Below are positions 1 to 11,119 of a stretch of 35,145 bases of DNA, one piece after another (the stretch's first letter is position 1; each line of letters starts with the position of its first letter). The position numbers and the translations under genes were made by a program. Source of the stretch: Octopus bimaculoides (taxonomy: Eukaryota); assembly GCF_001194135.2 (NCBI RefSeq), contig NC_068983.1, forward strand, positions 14,162,908 to 14,198,052. Direction: 5' to 3'. Under the pieces are notes generated by a model. That model was not told where the DNA came from. It worked only from the letters and a program-made list of their open reading frames with translations, and ran no database searches.

Positions 1-557
1 ATATATATATATCTGATCAACTTTATATATATGTATATATGTAAATATACATATATGTATGTATGTATATGTGTGTGTGTATGTGAAAGTTTGTGTGCGC
101 GTGCACATTTGCATTTATTTGCAAATTTGTACATCTCCATGTTTAGACGTAGTACAGTAATACATTAATAAATGTTCGAATAGAAAAATTGAAACATTTC
201 CCATAAGAATAAAAAAAGTAAAATCTCATGAATATTTACTGAAAAATTACAGAAAACTTCTTCAGATCTGAACATATGAAATTTATGCAAAAAATATGCT
301 TCCTATGTTGTTTTATAGATCTTCAGTAATAATAATAATACTGGTTCTTTACTATCAAGGGTAAGATGAGTTGGTTTACGACATTCGTCTAGGTTTTTGT
401 TATTATAAGAAAAATGTGTGTATACATTGCTATTATGTGTTCTGTGTCGTTTCCACTTTTTTCGTATAGCTTCTCAGGCTTAGTATTTATTTATTTATTT
501 ATGTGTTAGTATTCAGTCTTAGACGATTTTGGATTCATCGTAATATAGATATATTAT

Positions 558-1162
558 AGGAGATGGTGTAGTATGATACTTGCTTACCAAGCGCATGGTT
601 CTGGGTTCACTCGCACTGTATGGTAACTTGGGCAAGTATCTTCTATTGTAGCTTTAGGACGGCCAAAGACTTGTGAGTGGATTTGGTGGACAGAAACTGA
701 AAGAAGCCCGTCCTATATAATTATATGTGTAAGTGTGTGGTATGGTTTGTGTTAGTGTGGAGTGTGCGTATGTGTGTTTGTGTCTGTCTGCCTCTCTCCC
801 ACAACCGGTTTACAACCGGTGATTCTGTGCTTATGTTATGTCTCAAGCTACTGCTATCTAGCACCTTCGGATGATCTCTGCTCAACCGCTACACAACTGC
901 TACTCAACAGTCACTCAACTCCTTTACCACGGCTAGACTACCTCTATTTATATGTCTTGGGCGATCCTACTTCTTCGCTTGGGGGCGTCGACACAACAGC
1001 TTACGTCCCTATAAATTAGCGGTTCGGCAAGAAGACACAGATAGAATAAGTAACAGGCTTAACAAGAAATAAGTACATGGACCGATTCATTCGACTAAAA
1101 ATTCTTGAAGGCGGTGCCCCAGCATGGTTGCTGTCTAATAACTGAAACAAGTAAAAGATAAA
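558..1162 (+). mobile_element. tRNA-derived SINE, family A (diverged copy, interrupted by an LTR-like insertion)
   Basis: The head (...CTTGCTTACCAAGCGCATGGTTCTGGGTTCACTC...), body (TTGGGCAAGT...GAAACTGAAAGAAGCCCGTC), internal TG-rich tract and tail (TTAGCGGTTCGGCAA...ACTGAAACAAGTAAAAGA) are colinear with the copies at 18338-18697 and 24611-25012. Confidence 0.85.
834..998 (-). mobile_element. 165-bp solo-LTR/TRIM-like element
   Basis: Begins TGTTATGTC and ends GACACAACA (imperfect 9-bp inverted termini, TG...CA). It is flanked by a 5-bp direct repeat GCTTA (829-833 and 999-1003) and splits the SINE consensus GTGTTTACGTCCC. TATAAATA lies on the minus strand at 945-952. A second copy is at 30881-31042. 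Confidence 0.75.
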
Positions 1163-1737
1163 TAAATGTTTATGATAAGCTTGTATTTATAGTGCAGAGC
1201 TGTCATTCAGAGCAGTAGCCTACTTTAGTAATTTAGATTAGTATTCTATAGGCATTAGTTTTCTATATGTAACATCACTACAAGTCTGGCTTTCATTTTC
1301 CCGGAGAAGCAATCGTCCAGAACTTACTAACCTGGCTACATATTCGCGTTCCTGACACATCCAGCGTAACCAGAGTTTCCTAGCAACTATTTAGAGAAGT
1401 TGCGCAGGTTTCATACATAGAAAAGAAATCAATTTCCTGTTATTCGTGTTTATTAAACCCACTACGAATTGTAACCTAATTCGCCGATAATCTGACCAAG
1501 AACAATAATGATCTAATTGGCATTGATCTCATTCGTTAGTAGTCCGTGGAAGAAAATAGCCGAGTGTTCTTCAACTTTATTCTTTAGTCAAAGAAAATCG
1601 ACACCAATAGTTTGGGCAATTTCTAGTTGCTCTAATACTTCTACGAAAACACGGATAAATACGCTCCAAAGTTACCAACGTGGATATGAAGTGATCTTCT
1701 TAGGCATTAAAAGCAAACTGCGCTTACAAATTCATAT

Positions 1738-1970
1738 GTACACGCACACACACACACACACAGAGACACAGACACAGACACAGACACACACACACACACA
1801 CGCAGACACACACACAAACACAAACACACATGTATATATCCATATACATATGCATACAAATGTGTACAAATGTGAACACACATATCTACATATATATATG
1901 CTTGTATACATATACATACATATATGTTTACACACACACACACATGTATATATGTATGTATATATAGTTC
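1738..1970. repeat. compound (CA)n/(TA)n microsatellite
   Basis: Direct reading; it is the source of the His/Thr and Cys/Val ORFs here. Confidence 0.9.
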
Positions 1971-2538
1971 AAATCTATAGAAAAACAAGACGAAGACAGG
2001 TGTAGGAATAACAAGCAGGTGTTTTAGTTGAATGCTCGGGAAAAATGGGAAAGTCTTTTACGTTTCGAGTCTACGCTCTTCGACAGAAAGGAATGAGGGA
2101 AAAATATGGAGAGAGAAAGAAAACAAATGGCGAGAGAAAAATTGTGTAGTGTTTAGCGGTTCAACATGGCGATACATATATGTATATANNNNNNNNNNNN
2201 NNNNNNNNNNNNNNNNNNNNNNNNNNNNNNNNNNNNNNNNNNNNNNNNNNNNNNNNNNNNNNNNNNNNNNNNNNNNNNNNNNTATATATATGTATATACA
2301 TAATACATACACAGATATATAAATACATGCACACGGAAGTATGATTATGCACACACATATGTGTGTACATATGCATACTTACGCGCACACACATTTACAT
2401 TCACACAAATGTATGCATTTGCATGCAACGTAACTGGGTGTTTCTCATTTCCGGTTGAATAAATGTTATTTTATTCTACCTAACAGTATTAAATACTTGT
2501 GTTACATTACAGCAATTTGCATTAGTAGGTTATTCGTA

Positions 2539-2617
<79 letters not shown>
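2539..2617. repeat. (ATCT)n tetranucleotide microsatellite
   Basis: Direct reading. Confidence 0.95.
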
Positions 2618-3498
2618 CAGCTCTCTGCATACATGTGTTTGACTCTGTTTGTGTGTGTGTGTGTGTGTGTGTGCATTTATGTTAGTGTATATCTTTCACC
2701 GTTGCATATCTGTGTAGAAATACTGAAAACCGGTGCTTTACGAAACTGTAATACTATATAATGTCACGAAAGTGTAGCACTGTATTCTGTATTGCTTATC
2801 TTACTCGCACTCAGAAATTCTGTACTCAGTATTTCGATGGAAGCCTGTAACCCAAAACTCTATTGTTCACAAGTTACAATATAGAATAAATAAATGAGCG
2901 GATAAATAAATAAAATAAATGAACTACCAGAAAAGGAACTAAGTATGTCAAACAAAATATCACTTTGGTAAGAGGAGTAAACAGATGATGTTCTATTTTG
3001 CTCGATTCTCACACTTGAAGATGGGAATGAGAATTCATTTCGTTTGGATTGATTATGAATATACTTTGCTTCTTCAGCGCTTAATGTTAATCAGATAGAA
3101 GTGGTGGCATGCATGCATGACTCCCTTATTTCCTCAGGTTGCTGAAACTGGTGGGAAGAAAGGACGAAGTTGTCCACAAACTGGAAATCTGTCCAGAATA
3201 TTTGCATAGGAACTACTGGTGGTGTGAAACCGAGTGATAGATTAAGGACAGCATGTGAATACACAGAGTGAGAGAAATACGCACATTATCTTTTTTCATT
3301 TTGCTTTCAGTAGATGAGTTTACCAACCAACCAACCAACCAACCAACCAACCAACCAGCCAGCCAACCAACCAACCAGCCAACAAACAAATCAACCACAT
3401 GTAATTGAAAGTGAATATTATATCAATAATTAAACTGTAGAATACACGAGGACTGAATTTAAATCAATTATTTATATTTTAATATGTATTTATCTATT

Positions 3499-3528
3499 AA
3501 GGCGGTGAGCTGGCAGAATCGTCAGCAT
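3499..3528 (+). mobile_element. SINE family B 5' head, running into an assembly gap
   Basis: AAGGCGGTGAGCTGGCAGAATCGTCAGCA matches the heads of the family B copies at 11120, 16485 (rc) and 23486 (rc). Confidence 0.6.
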
Positions 3529-3821
3529 NNNNNNNNNNNNNNNNNNNNNNNNNNNNNNNNNNNNNNNNNNNNNNNNNNNNNNNNNNNNNNNNNNNNNNNN
3601 NNNNNNNNNNNNNNNNNNNNNNNNNNNNNNNNNNNNNNNNNNNNNNNNNNNNNNNNNNNNNNNNNNNNNNNNNNNNNNNNNNNNNNNNNNNNNNNNNNNN
3701 NNNNNNNNNNNNNNNNNNNNNNNNNNNNNNNNNNNNNNNNNNNNNNNNNNNNNNNNNNNNNNNNNNNNNNNNNNNNNNNNNNNNNNNNNNNAAAATATTA
3801 CTATTGAACAAAACACAAATA

Positions 3822-4719
3822 CTAGGTTGAGGAAAAAGTTCGTGCACCGTGTTAAAATAATGATTTTTAATGGAAGAATTTGGACATCGCCTTCCCAAGA
3901 TCTGTCTCTACGGTGAACTGTCTGAAGGAAAACGTCCTCGTGGAGCTCCCTTGAGGCGGTACAAGGACCAACTCAAATCAACCTTGAAAAGCACCAACAT
4001 CGACCCCGCACACTGGGAAGATATCTCGGCAAATAGACCCCTCTGGAGATACACCATCAAAACGGGTTCAGCGGACTTCGAGAAAGTCCGAGTCGCAAGA
4101 GCTGAACTCAAGAGACGAGAGAGAAAGCTGCGACTTCTCCTTCCCAAACCAACCCCTTCTATCCCATGTCCACAATGTCCCCCGTATGTTTCATGCAACC
4201 CTTGGATTGCAGAGCCATCTGCGGTTCAAACACCCAGGAAGGGGAACTGGATTGCAAGCTCGGAAACACGAGACGCAGCCAACACACACACAATTATTCA
4301 GCAACAACTATTCTTCAAAATAAAGCCCATCATTTTCCACGACCTTCTGCCAACGATCAGCGAGCTTTCAGATTTGGTCAAAGTATCTTTCCATCGGCTT
4401 TGAATCGAAAAATTCTTGACAGGCTTCTTCAACTTAATCGAATGACTCAAAATCGGCGTCCTTTCATAAAGTGCTGCATTGATTCAGATAGAGCAACGTC
4501 TGGACTATAGGCTGGATGCGGCATAAGTTTCACAGCGTCCAATTCTTCAATCATGTTGCTGGCCTTTCTGGCAATATACACTTTTTCGACGAACAAGTCT
4601 TGGGTACTTTTCAGCCAGGGAATCGTAAACTAGATCAAGTTGCTCGCAGTAAAGTTCAGCGTTGATGGTGCGACTATTCAGCACAAGTTCTCGGCGCACG
4701 GACTTCTTCCTCAACCTAA
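3822..4719 (-). mobile_element. internally deleted mariner (Tc1/mariner) element with both TIRs, interrupted by an RTE LINE
   Basis: 28-bp TIRs CTAGGTTGAGGAAAAAGTTCGTGCACCG (3822-3849) and rc TTAGGTTGAGGAAGAAGTCCGTGCGCCG (4692-4719), 24/28 identical, each flanked by TA. Minus-strand translation of ~4690-4308 gives ...TINAELYCEQLD...LMPHPAYSPDVAL...RWQKVVENDGLYFEE*, i.e. the mariner HPPYSPDLAP motif and typical C-terminus, with stops and frameshifts. Confidence 0.88.
3881..4291 (+). mobile_element. 5'-truncated RTE-clade LINE 3' end (ORF2 C-terminus plus C2H2 zinc finger and tail)
   Basis: HRLPKICLYGELSEGKRPRGAPLRRYKDQLKSTLK...WEDISANRPLWR matches the conserved RTE ORF2 C-terminal block. A one-base frameshift near 4180 restores CPQCPRMFHATLGLQSHLRFKH. 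It ends in hairpin-GCCA-(CA)n, with a possible short TSD AATT (3877-3880 and 4292-4295). Confidence 0.85.
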
Positions 4720-4808
4720 TAAAAGTTTCTTGCTGCTGTTGTTTATTCGCTAGTCAGCTTCATTGGAGGAGAACTATGATCAAAAGTGTCCCAGACATGA
4801 ACAACAAT

Positions 4809-5135
4809 AGGCGTAGGAGTGGCTGTGTGGTAAGTAGCTTGCTTACCAAGCACATGGTTCTGAGTTTAGTCCCACTGCGTGGCACCTTGGGCAAGTGTCT
4901 TCTACTATAGCCTCGGGCCGACCAAAGCCTTGTGAGTGGATTTGGTAGACGGAAACTGAAAGAAGGCCGTCGTATATANNNNNNNNNNNNNNNNNNNNNN
5001 NNNNNNNNNNNNNNNNNNNNNNNNNNNNNNNNNNNNNNNNNNNNNNNNNNNNNNNNNNNNNNNNNNNNNNNNNNNNNNNNNNNNNNNNNNNNNNNNNNNN
5101 NNNNNNNNNNNNNNNNNNNNNNNNNNNNNNNNNNN

Positions 5136-5193
<58 letters not shown>

Positions 5194-5261
5194 TTGTATG
5201 TCTGTGTTTGTCGCCCCAACTTCGCTTGACAATCGATGCTGGTGTGTTTACGTCCCCGTAA
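4809..5261 (+). mobile_element. SINE family A, 3'-truncated
   Basis: AGGCGTAGGAGTGGCTGTGTGGTAAGTAGCTTGCTTACC... with A-box-like TGGCTGTGTGG and B-box-like GAGTTTAGTCCC. The internal microsatellite contains a gap. Homology stops after TTTACGTCCCCGTAA. Confidence 0.9.
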
Positions 5262-5305
5262 AGAGTAACCCTCCTTTATTTTGTCAGATATAATGTATGC
5301 GGAGC

Positions 5306-5473
5306 CAGTGCCATCTTACGGCATGAGCACACTGGGCAATTGCCTTGAGACCTCACGGGTCTTGGGACCCAAATCAGATCTATGTATACTGTGGTTTGCT
5401 GCTAATAAATTAGTATTATAGGACCCAGTATATTGATATACCTAGGAGCCTATAAAACTGTTAAGACGTTCAG
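5306..5473. mobile_element. possible degenerate MITE
   Basis: Left end CAGTGCCATCTTA versus right end rc (CTGAA)CGTCTTAACAG: only a partial inverted match. The interior is GC-richer than the flanks. No second copy in the window. Confidence 0.25.
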
Positions 5474-5859
5474 ATCTATATTCTTTAAATTTTTCTTCCT
5501 ATTTTAAAGACAATAGTGATTGATAAGATCAATATTTTACTTCTACTTTTAGCAGGTAGAGCGTTAACGTATAAAATCCCACGATAACTCGTTATTATTT
5601 TTGCTATTATTGTGTGTTGCTGTTTCTTAAGCGGGTTTCTCAATTCGGTTTCATCTTGGAGTTTAGGATCTGCCACACTTTCTGATGGAGTCACTTTCTT
5701 CCTTTATCCTTTGTCTCGTGGCTTCTTAATTAGCCAGAAGAGGGGCAGTAGATTCCATACCATCTTTTGATGCCAACATCCAAAACTACCTTTGATCTAG
5801 ATCCTTTATTGTGGTTTCTGACATAAGCATCGCTCCATTATCATCACAAAAATAATGGT

Positions 5860-6803
5860 TATCATCGTCATCATCATCATTCACCTAATCTTCATCCTCC
5901 TCCTTCTCTTACGACAACCAACATCACCAGCAGCAGCAGCAGCACCACCCCCACCACCACCACCACTACCACCACTACCACCACTACCACCATCAAAACC
6001 ACCATCACCGCCACCGCCACCACCACTACCACCACCACCAACAACAACAGCAACAGCAACAGCNNNNNNNNNNNNNNNNNNNNNNNNNNNNNNNNNNNNN
6101 NNNNNNNNNNNNNNNNNNNNNNNNNNNNNNNNNNNNNNNNNNNNNNNNNNNNNNNNNNNNNNNNNNNNNNNNNNNNNNNNNNNNNNNNNNNNNNNNNNNN
6201 NNNNNNNNNNNNNNNNNNNNNNNNNNNNNNNNNNNNNNNNNNNNNNNNNNNNNNNNNNNNNNNNNNNNNNNNNNNNNNNNNNNNNNNNNNNNNNNNNNNN
6301 NNNNNNNNNNNNNNNNNNNNNNNNNNNNNNNNNNNNNNNNNNNNNNNNNNNNNNNNNNNNNNNNNNNNNNNNNNNNNNNNNNNNNNNNNNNNNNNNNNNN
6401 NNNNNNNNNNNNNNNNNNNNNNNNNNNNNNNNNNNNNNNNNNNNNNNNNNNNNNNNNNNNNNNNNNNNNNNNNNNNNNNNNNNNNNNNNNNNNNNNNNNN
6501 NNNNNNNNNNNNNNNNNNNNNNNNNNNNNNNNNNNNNNNNNNNNNNNNNNNNNNNNNNNNNNNNNNNNNNNNNNNNNNNNNNNNNNNNNNNNNNNNNNNN
6601 NNNNNNNNNNNNNNNNNNNNNNNNNNNNNNNNNNNNNNNNNNNNNNNNNNNNNNNNNNNNNNNNNNNNNNNNNNNNNNNNNNNNNNNNNNNNNNNNNNNN
6701 NNNNNNNNNNNNNNNNNNNNNNNNNNNNNNNNNNNNNNNNNNNNNNNNNNNNNNNNNNNNNNNNNNNNNNNNNNNNNNNNNNNNNNNNNNNNNNNNNNNN
6801 NCC

Positions 6804-6837
<34 letters not shown>

Positions 6838-6890
6838 TCATCATTGTTACTGTAGAAGTCTTTGTTGTTGTTGTTGCTGTTATTACGAAG
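5860..6890. repeat. compound trinucleotide repeat (CAT/CCT/CAG/CCA/CAA) spanning a 737-N gap
   Basis: Direct reading; the poly-P/H/Q/V ORFs here are repeat artefacts. Confidence 0.9.
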
Positions 6891-7274
6891 ATCATTATCA
6901 AGCAGTTCATTCAATTAGATATTGTTTTCCATCTCAGATTAATTCAAGTTATGTTTTGATTGCTTTGTCATGACTTTCCACTCATTCGATCAGAAATAAT
7001 GGGAAACATCTTCTGCTATTCATGAAAAAAAAATGACAAAAAGACAAACAAAAAAAAAAAACAATTAAGTTTGAAACAAACAACTCAGTGAAAGATAACA
7101 ATACCACTACCTCCAACGCCGCCGTCAACAAGAACCAGAATAACAATAACAATAACAACAGCAATGACAACAACAATCCTATAATAACAACGGAGAAAGG
7201 AAACATAGATATTAGCAAGGGAAGTAATCGAGTTGATAATAATAATTACAAGAGTGCTGTAAGGCGAGTAAATA

Positions 7275-8098
7275 TCAGGTCATCCCATAAGTTCTGTTCG
7301 ATTTTACCTTTATAAAAATTGAATGAAATTTAAAAGTATTTTAGAATGTCCAATGGAATTAAAATTTAATTTTTTGTATTTGCGTACATTTGAACTAATG
7401 AAATATTATTTTACAGAATAATAGAATTAAAATTTCTTTGATTAAAACCCTTTCTAACATGGAAGTATCCAAAGAGAATTTAAGGCACATAATGCTTTAT
7501 GAGTACAAAAAAGGAAACTCTGCAGCCGAAGCGATTCGAAACATACACTCAGTTTATGGGAAAGAANNNNNNNNNNAGGAAACTCTGCAGCCGAAGCGAT
7601 TCGAAACATACACTCAGTTTATGGGAAAGAATGCTTGAATGAAAGAACTTGCAGAAGATGGTTTGCAAAATTCAGAAGTGGAGATTTCAACCTTGAAGAT
7701 GAAGATCGAACAGGACGTCCAGTTGAGTTTGAGGATAAGCTCCTTGAGGCTTGCTTGAAGAAAATCCTGCATTCTCAGTTGAATAATTGGTAATAAAGCT
7801 TAGTTCAAACCATACAACTGTTCATCGTCATCTTCAACAACTTGGAAAGGTTCCTAAACTTGGAAAATGGGTGCCTCATGAATTGTCCGAAGGTAACCGC
7901 AAATCCCGAGTTGACATCTGCTCTTCTCTCCATTCTCGTGAACTCATTTCACCTTTTTTGGATAGACTTGTGACTGGTGACAAAAAATGGATCTTCTATC
8001 GAAATGTTAAACGTCGAAAACAGTGGCTTGGTAAAAGGGATTGCAAAGGAGTAATTTATTTTGAATTGTTACCACCTAATGCAACAATCAATGCTCAA
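7275..8098 (+). mobile_element. mariner relic: left TIR plus N-terminal part of the transposase, 3'-truncated
   Basis: TA followed by a putative TIR TCAGGTCATCCCATAAGTTCTG. ATG at 7459 gives MEVSKENLRHIMLYEYKKG..., RRWFAKFRSGDFNLEDEDRTGRP (HTH region), WVPHELS and LDRLVTGDKKWIFY (first catalytic-Asp motif TGDEKW), then YFELLPPNATINAQ. It has a frameshift, a stop and an internal deletion. Confidence 0.92.
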
Positions 8099-8099
8099 G

Positions 8100-9552
8100 A
8101 AGAATGCCATTGTTATCTAGTGAACGATATTTCGACATCTCGTGTGTCTTCAACTGGTTCAAAATATTCCGAATTTATCAGATATTATTCTGAAATTATG
8201 GAGTGATAGCAGATTTATAACAAAAATTCCATCATACAACAATGCACTTGCATTTGCTTCAACTGGATGCAAAATTGATACTTCGTTAAGTGGATTTAAT
8301 CCAACATTCAAAATACAAGGTAAAATTCATCATAGAATTGGAAATTTACTGCCAGACGATAGTCAGTCGCCAACTTTTGCTCAGTCTTACTTCTACGATA
8401 CAGAATATGAGACTAGAAATCGTATAGAGCACACGGATCAATTAGATCCAGATATAGTTACTGATCTTCAAAACTATATTCGTTACGTTAATCCTTACGT
8501 TCCATCTTTTTAATCATCTATAGATTTGTCAAAAACTGAAAATCTTTCAATCATTTTATATCACGATAAAAAATCAAAACCGTCCAATGAACATTGTAGA
8601 CAATATAACCTACCCATGAATTCCGAAGTTCCTGCGTTGGTTCCTGGTGATATTAAAGATCCTTTGGACGTCATGATCCACTGTCAGAATGCACCGTACA
8701 AACGCATTAACTCACTTCAACGATCTTATGATCCGCTACATTATGTCCTGTTGTTTCCAGAAGGAACTGATGGCGGGCAGCTGAATTTGAAGAAAACAAA
8801 TGGACAGACATTGACAGCAATGGATTTCTATGCTTATCAGCTTCCAGTAAGAATAAATTCGGATAACCATGTGATGCGAAGTAGAAGGCTCTTGCAGCAA
8901 TATGCAGTAGATCAATGGACGAAAGTTGAACGAAGCAGGCTTTAGTAGGTTGAACGAAACCAAACTACGATAAGAGCAGAAAAGTATTCAGGATTGCTTG
9001 ATGCCATACATCAAAATGATTCAGTGATACTTGGAAGAAGAATCATTCTCCCACCGACCATCACAGGTAGACCAAAATTTTACAATGAAGCCTTTCAAAG
9101 TGCCATGGTTATAGCCAGAGCGAAGGGAAAGCCCGACTAGTTTATTACTTTCACAAGTCCAAAGTGGCCAGCGATTCAGAGTACGTTATTTACAGGTGAG
9201 CGCCCCAAGGACCGTCCCGACATTTTAGCTAGAGTGTTTAAAATGAAGCTCGACGCACTTCTTGACGATATTCTGGTAAAAACATATATTGGGGAAAGTT
9301 ATCGCCCACACACTCGCCATTGAATGGCAGAAACGTGGACTTACACATGCGCATATACTGCTTATAATGGCTCCTCAATACAAGCCTGCCGTGCCAGAAT
9401 TCATCGACAAAGTAGTTAGTGCAGAAATTCCTGATAAAAATAAGAATCCACAGTTATTCAAGGCCATGGCGCACAATATACATGGTCCTTGTGGTTCTAT
9501 TAACAAATCAAGTCCCTGTATGGAAGTTGGTAAGGATGGAGCACATTGTACA
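8100..9552 (+). mobile_element. Helitron Rep/helicase pseudogene, N-terminal Rep portion
   Basis: Consecutive ORF pieces carry Helitron RepHel motifs: YNNALAFAS, FKIQGKIHHRIGNLLP, FAQSYFYD, YDPLHYVLLFPEG, RLLQQYAVDQW, IILPPT, GKPD*FITFT (motif 1), EWQKRGLTHAHILL (HUH motif 2) and HGPCGSINKSSPCM. Motif 3 and the helicase are absent. Confidence 0.92.
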
Positions 9553-9559
9553 TTTTTCT

Positions 9560-10330
9560 CTTTTTCTTTTAATCTGCTCTTTTTTAAGGGATTATTGTAA
9601 TGTTCTGCAACATAATTATATTCTTCGTCAGAAGAAACTAACAAATTTCATGGAGACGAGTTTTTAGCTTTAACTTTATCGCACCTTAGCCAGGAATTTT
9701 TGCCCACTGGCACTGAGACATTTTTGACGTGTTAGCAAAAATATACGACTAATTTAGATCCATAGTTGTCACAGCGTTAGTTTAGCCTCGCAGAAATTTA
9801 AGAGAATTAGAAATTTTAACCAATATAAAAGACAAATTGCCTACTGTGCCAACTTTTTAAAATTTACTAACAAGGAAAAGTTATGTTCGTTCATTTAGTG
9901 CATTTGCCCACCACTAGATTAGGTTGTCTTTGTATCTCTGCTTCTAATTTTCGATGTAGCAGCTATCATATGTTACAATGTTATCTCGCATCATTTTCTC
10001 TCTAAAAGCTTTGGTTTGAGCTCGATAAAATATTCTTAGTTTAAATACACATACGTTTTTTTCCGATTTTTTCTTTCAGCCGATGGCCATTTTCTACTTT
10101 GTACAATTTTAGCAGTACAATGCAAGTTATCTATGTACACGATAAAACATGAAATCATCTATGTATATTTTTTCATAACATTTCTAAAACAAATCTAATT
10201 CGTGTCAATGTACAGTTTTCATCTGAAGACATTTATATAAACTTTACCTTGTTTCTTGTAAATTACAATGTATTTTTATATTTGAACTTTATTCTGCTTT
10301 AACCGTAATAAAAAATCACGTGCTGACCTC
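9560..10330 (-). mobile_element. highly degenerate Penelope-like RT fragment (copy 1)
   Basis: Minus strand reads KCYEKIYIDDFMF (YxDD at 10154-10165). The nucleotide sequence is colinear by eye with ~11950-12660, sharing anchors such as AAACAAG(G/A)TAAAGTTTA(T/C)ATAAATGT, TATTTAAACTA, TAGAAG(C/T)AGAG(A/G)TACA and CAAATGCA. Confidence 0.45.
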
Positions 10331-11035
10331 AAATGTTTGTACAAGCGGCTTCAGTTTCTTATTGAATACCTTCGATTTCGCCAAGAATTTTTGACCTGAA
10401 AATTTTCGAACAAACTTTTTTTCATTAATCATTGATTTTTTTTGTGACAGCTACAGCCCTATATGTAGTTTCTTTTATTGTTGTTGTAATTGGCCCACAT
10501 GTGGTTTACAAATTCTTTTACAATTCCCTAGATATTTTCGATCAGCCGTCAGGTATAAGCTGCTGATTTCCTTTTGACCATAGAGCCAGATCAGTGTTTT
10601 TCATAGCTGAAGCCAACTTTCATCTCGTTACTGCTTCAGCCAAAATTAACAAAGACCAACCAGGATACAACAATCACCAGTCATGCAGAACACTCTCCAA
10701 ATCAATGTCGATGAAGTATTGTCTCTATTAATCAAAAGAGATCAATGACCGAATATATGCCGAAGTGGAATTACCATTTTTTCTTCAAAATTTGAGGTGA
10801 AAAAAACCCATGCAAATAAAATACAAAGCAAAAAAAAAAGAAAAAAAAAAGAATACTAGAGTTGGTGGCTTATTTTTGGACACTTTTTAATCTTTTAATT
10901 CTTATCAGTGGAATATTGTCTTTTCTTTTTATTTTAAATCGTAAATAATCATTTAAAATTTTAAATTTTATTAGTTCATCACCTGCCAAAATATAATTTT
11001 CCTTGAACTTCTTCCTCTGCCCACTGGACTTATTT

Positions 11036-11038
<3 letters not shown>

Positions 11039-11103
<65 letters not shown>

Positions 11104-11119
11104 TACACGCATACACACA
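11039..11119. repeat. (CA)n microsatellite
   Basis: Direct reading. Confidence 0.95.

Noticed and set aside
5855-6973. 372-aa Pro/His-rich ORF and its antisense ORFs
   Set aside because: Made of trinucleotide repeats plus 737 Ns; no evidence of coding.
7512-7631. Exact 55-bp direct repeat (7512-7566 and 7577-7631) inside the mariner ORF
   Set aside because: The copies flank a 10-N gap, which is the signature of an unmerged contig overlap. Collapsing it restores the reading frame.
9600-9640. CTGACGA on the minus strand as a possible Penelope hammerhead ribozyme core
   Set aside because: No properly placed GAAA or stem II, and the position maps inside the RT-EN coding region by alignment with copy 2. 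Other CTGANGA hits (~260, ~320, ~3072, ~10222, ~15163, ~19783, ~30695) also lack canonical stems.
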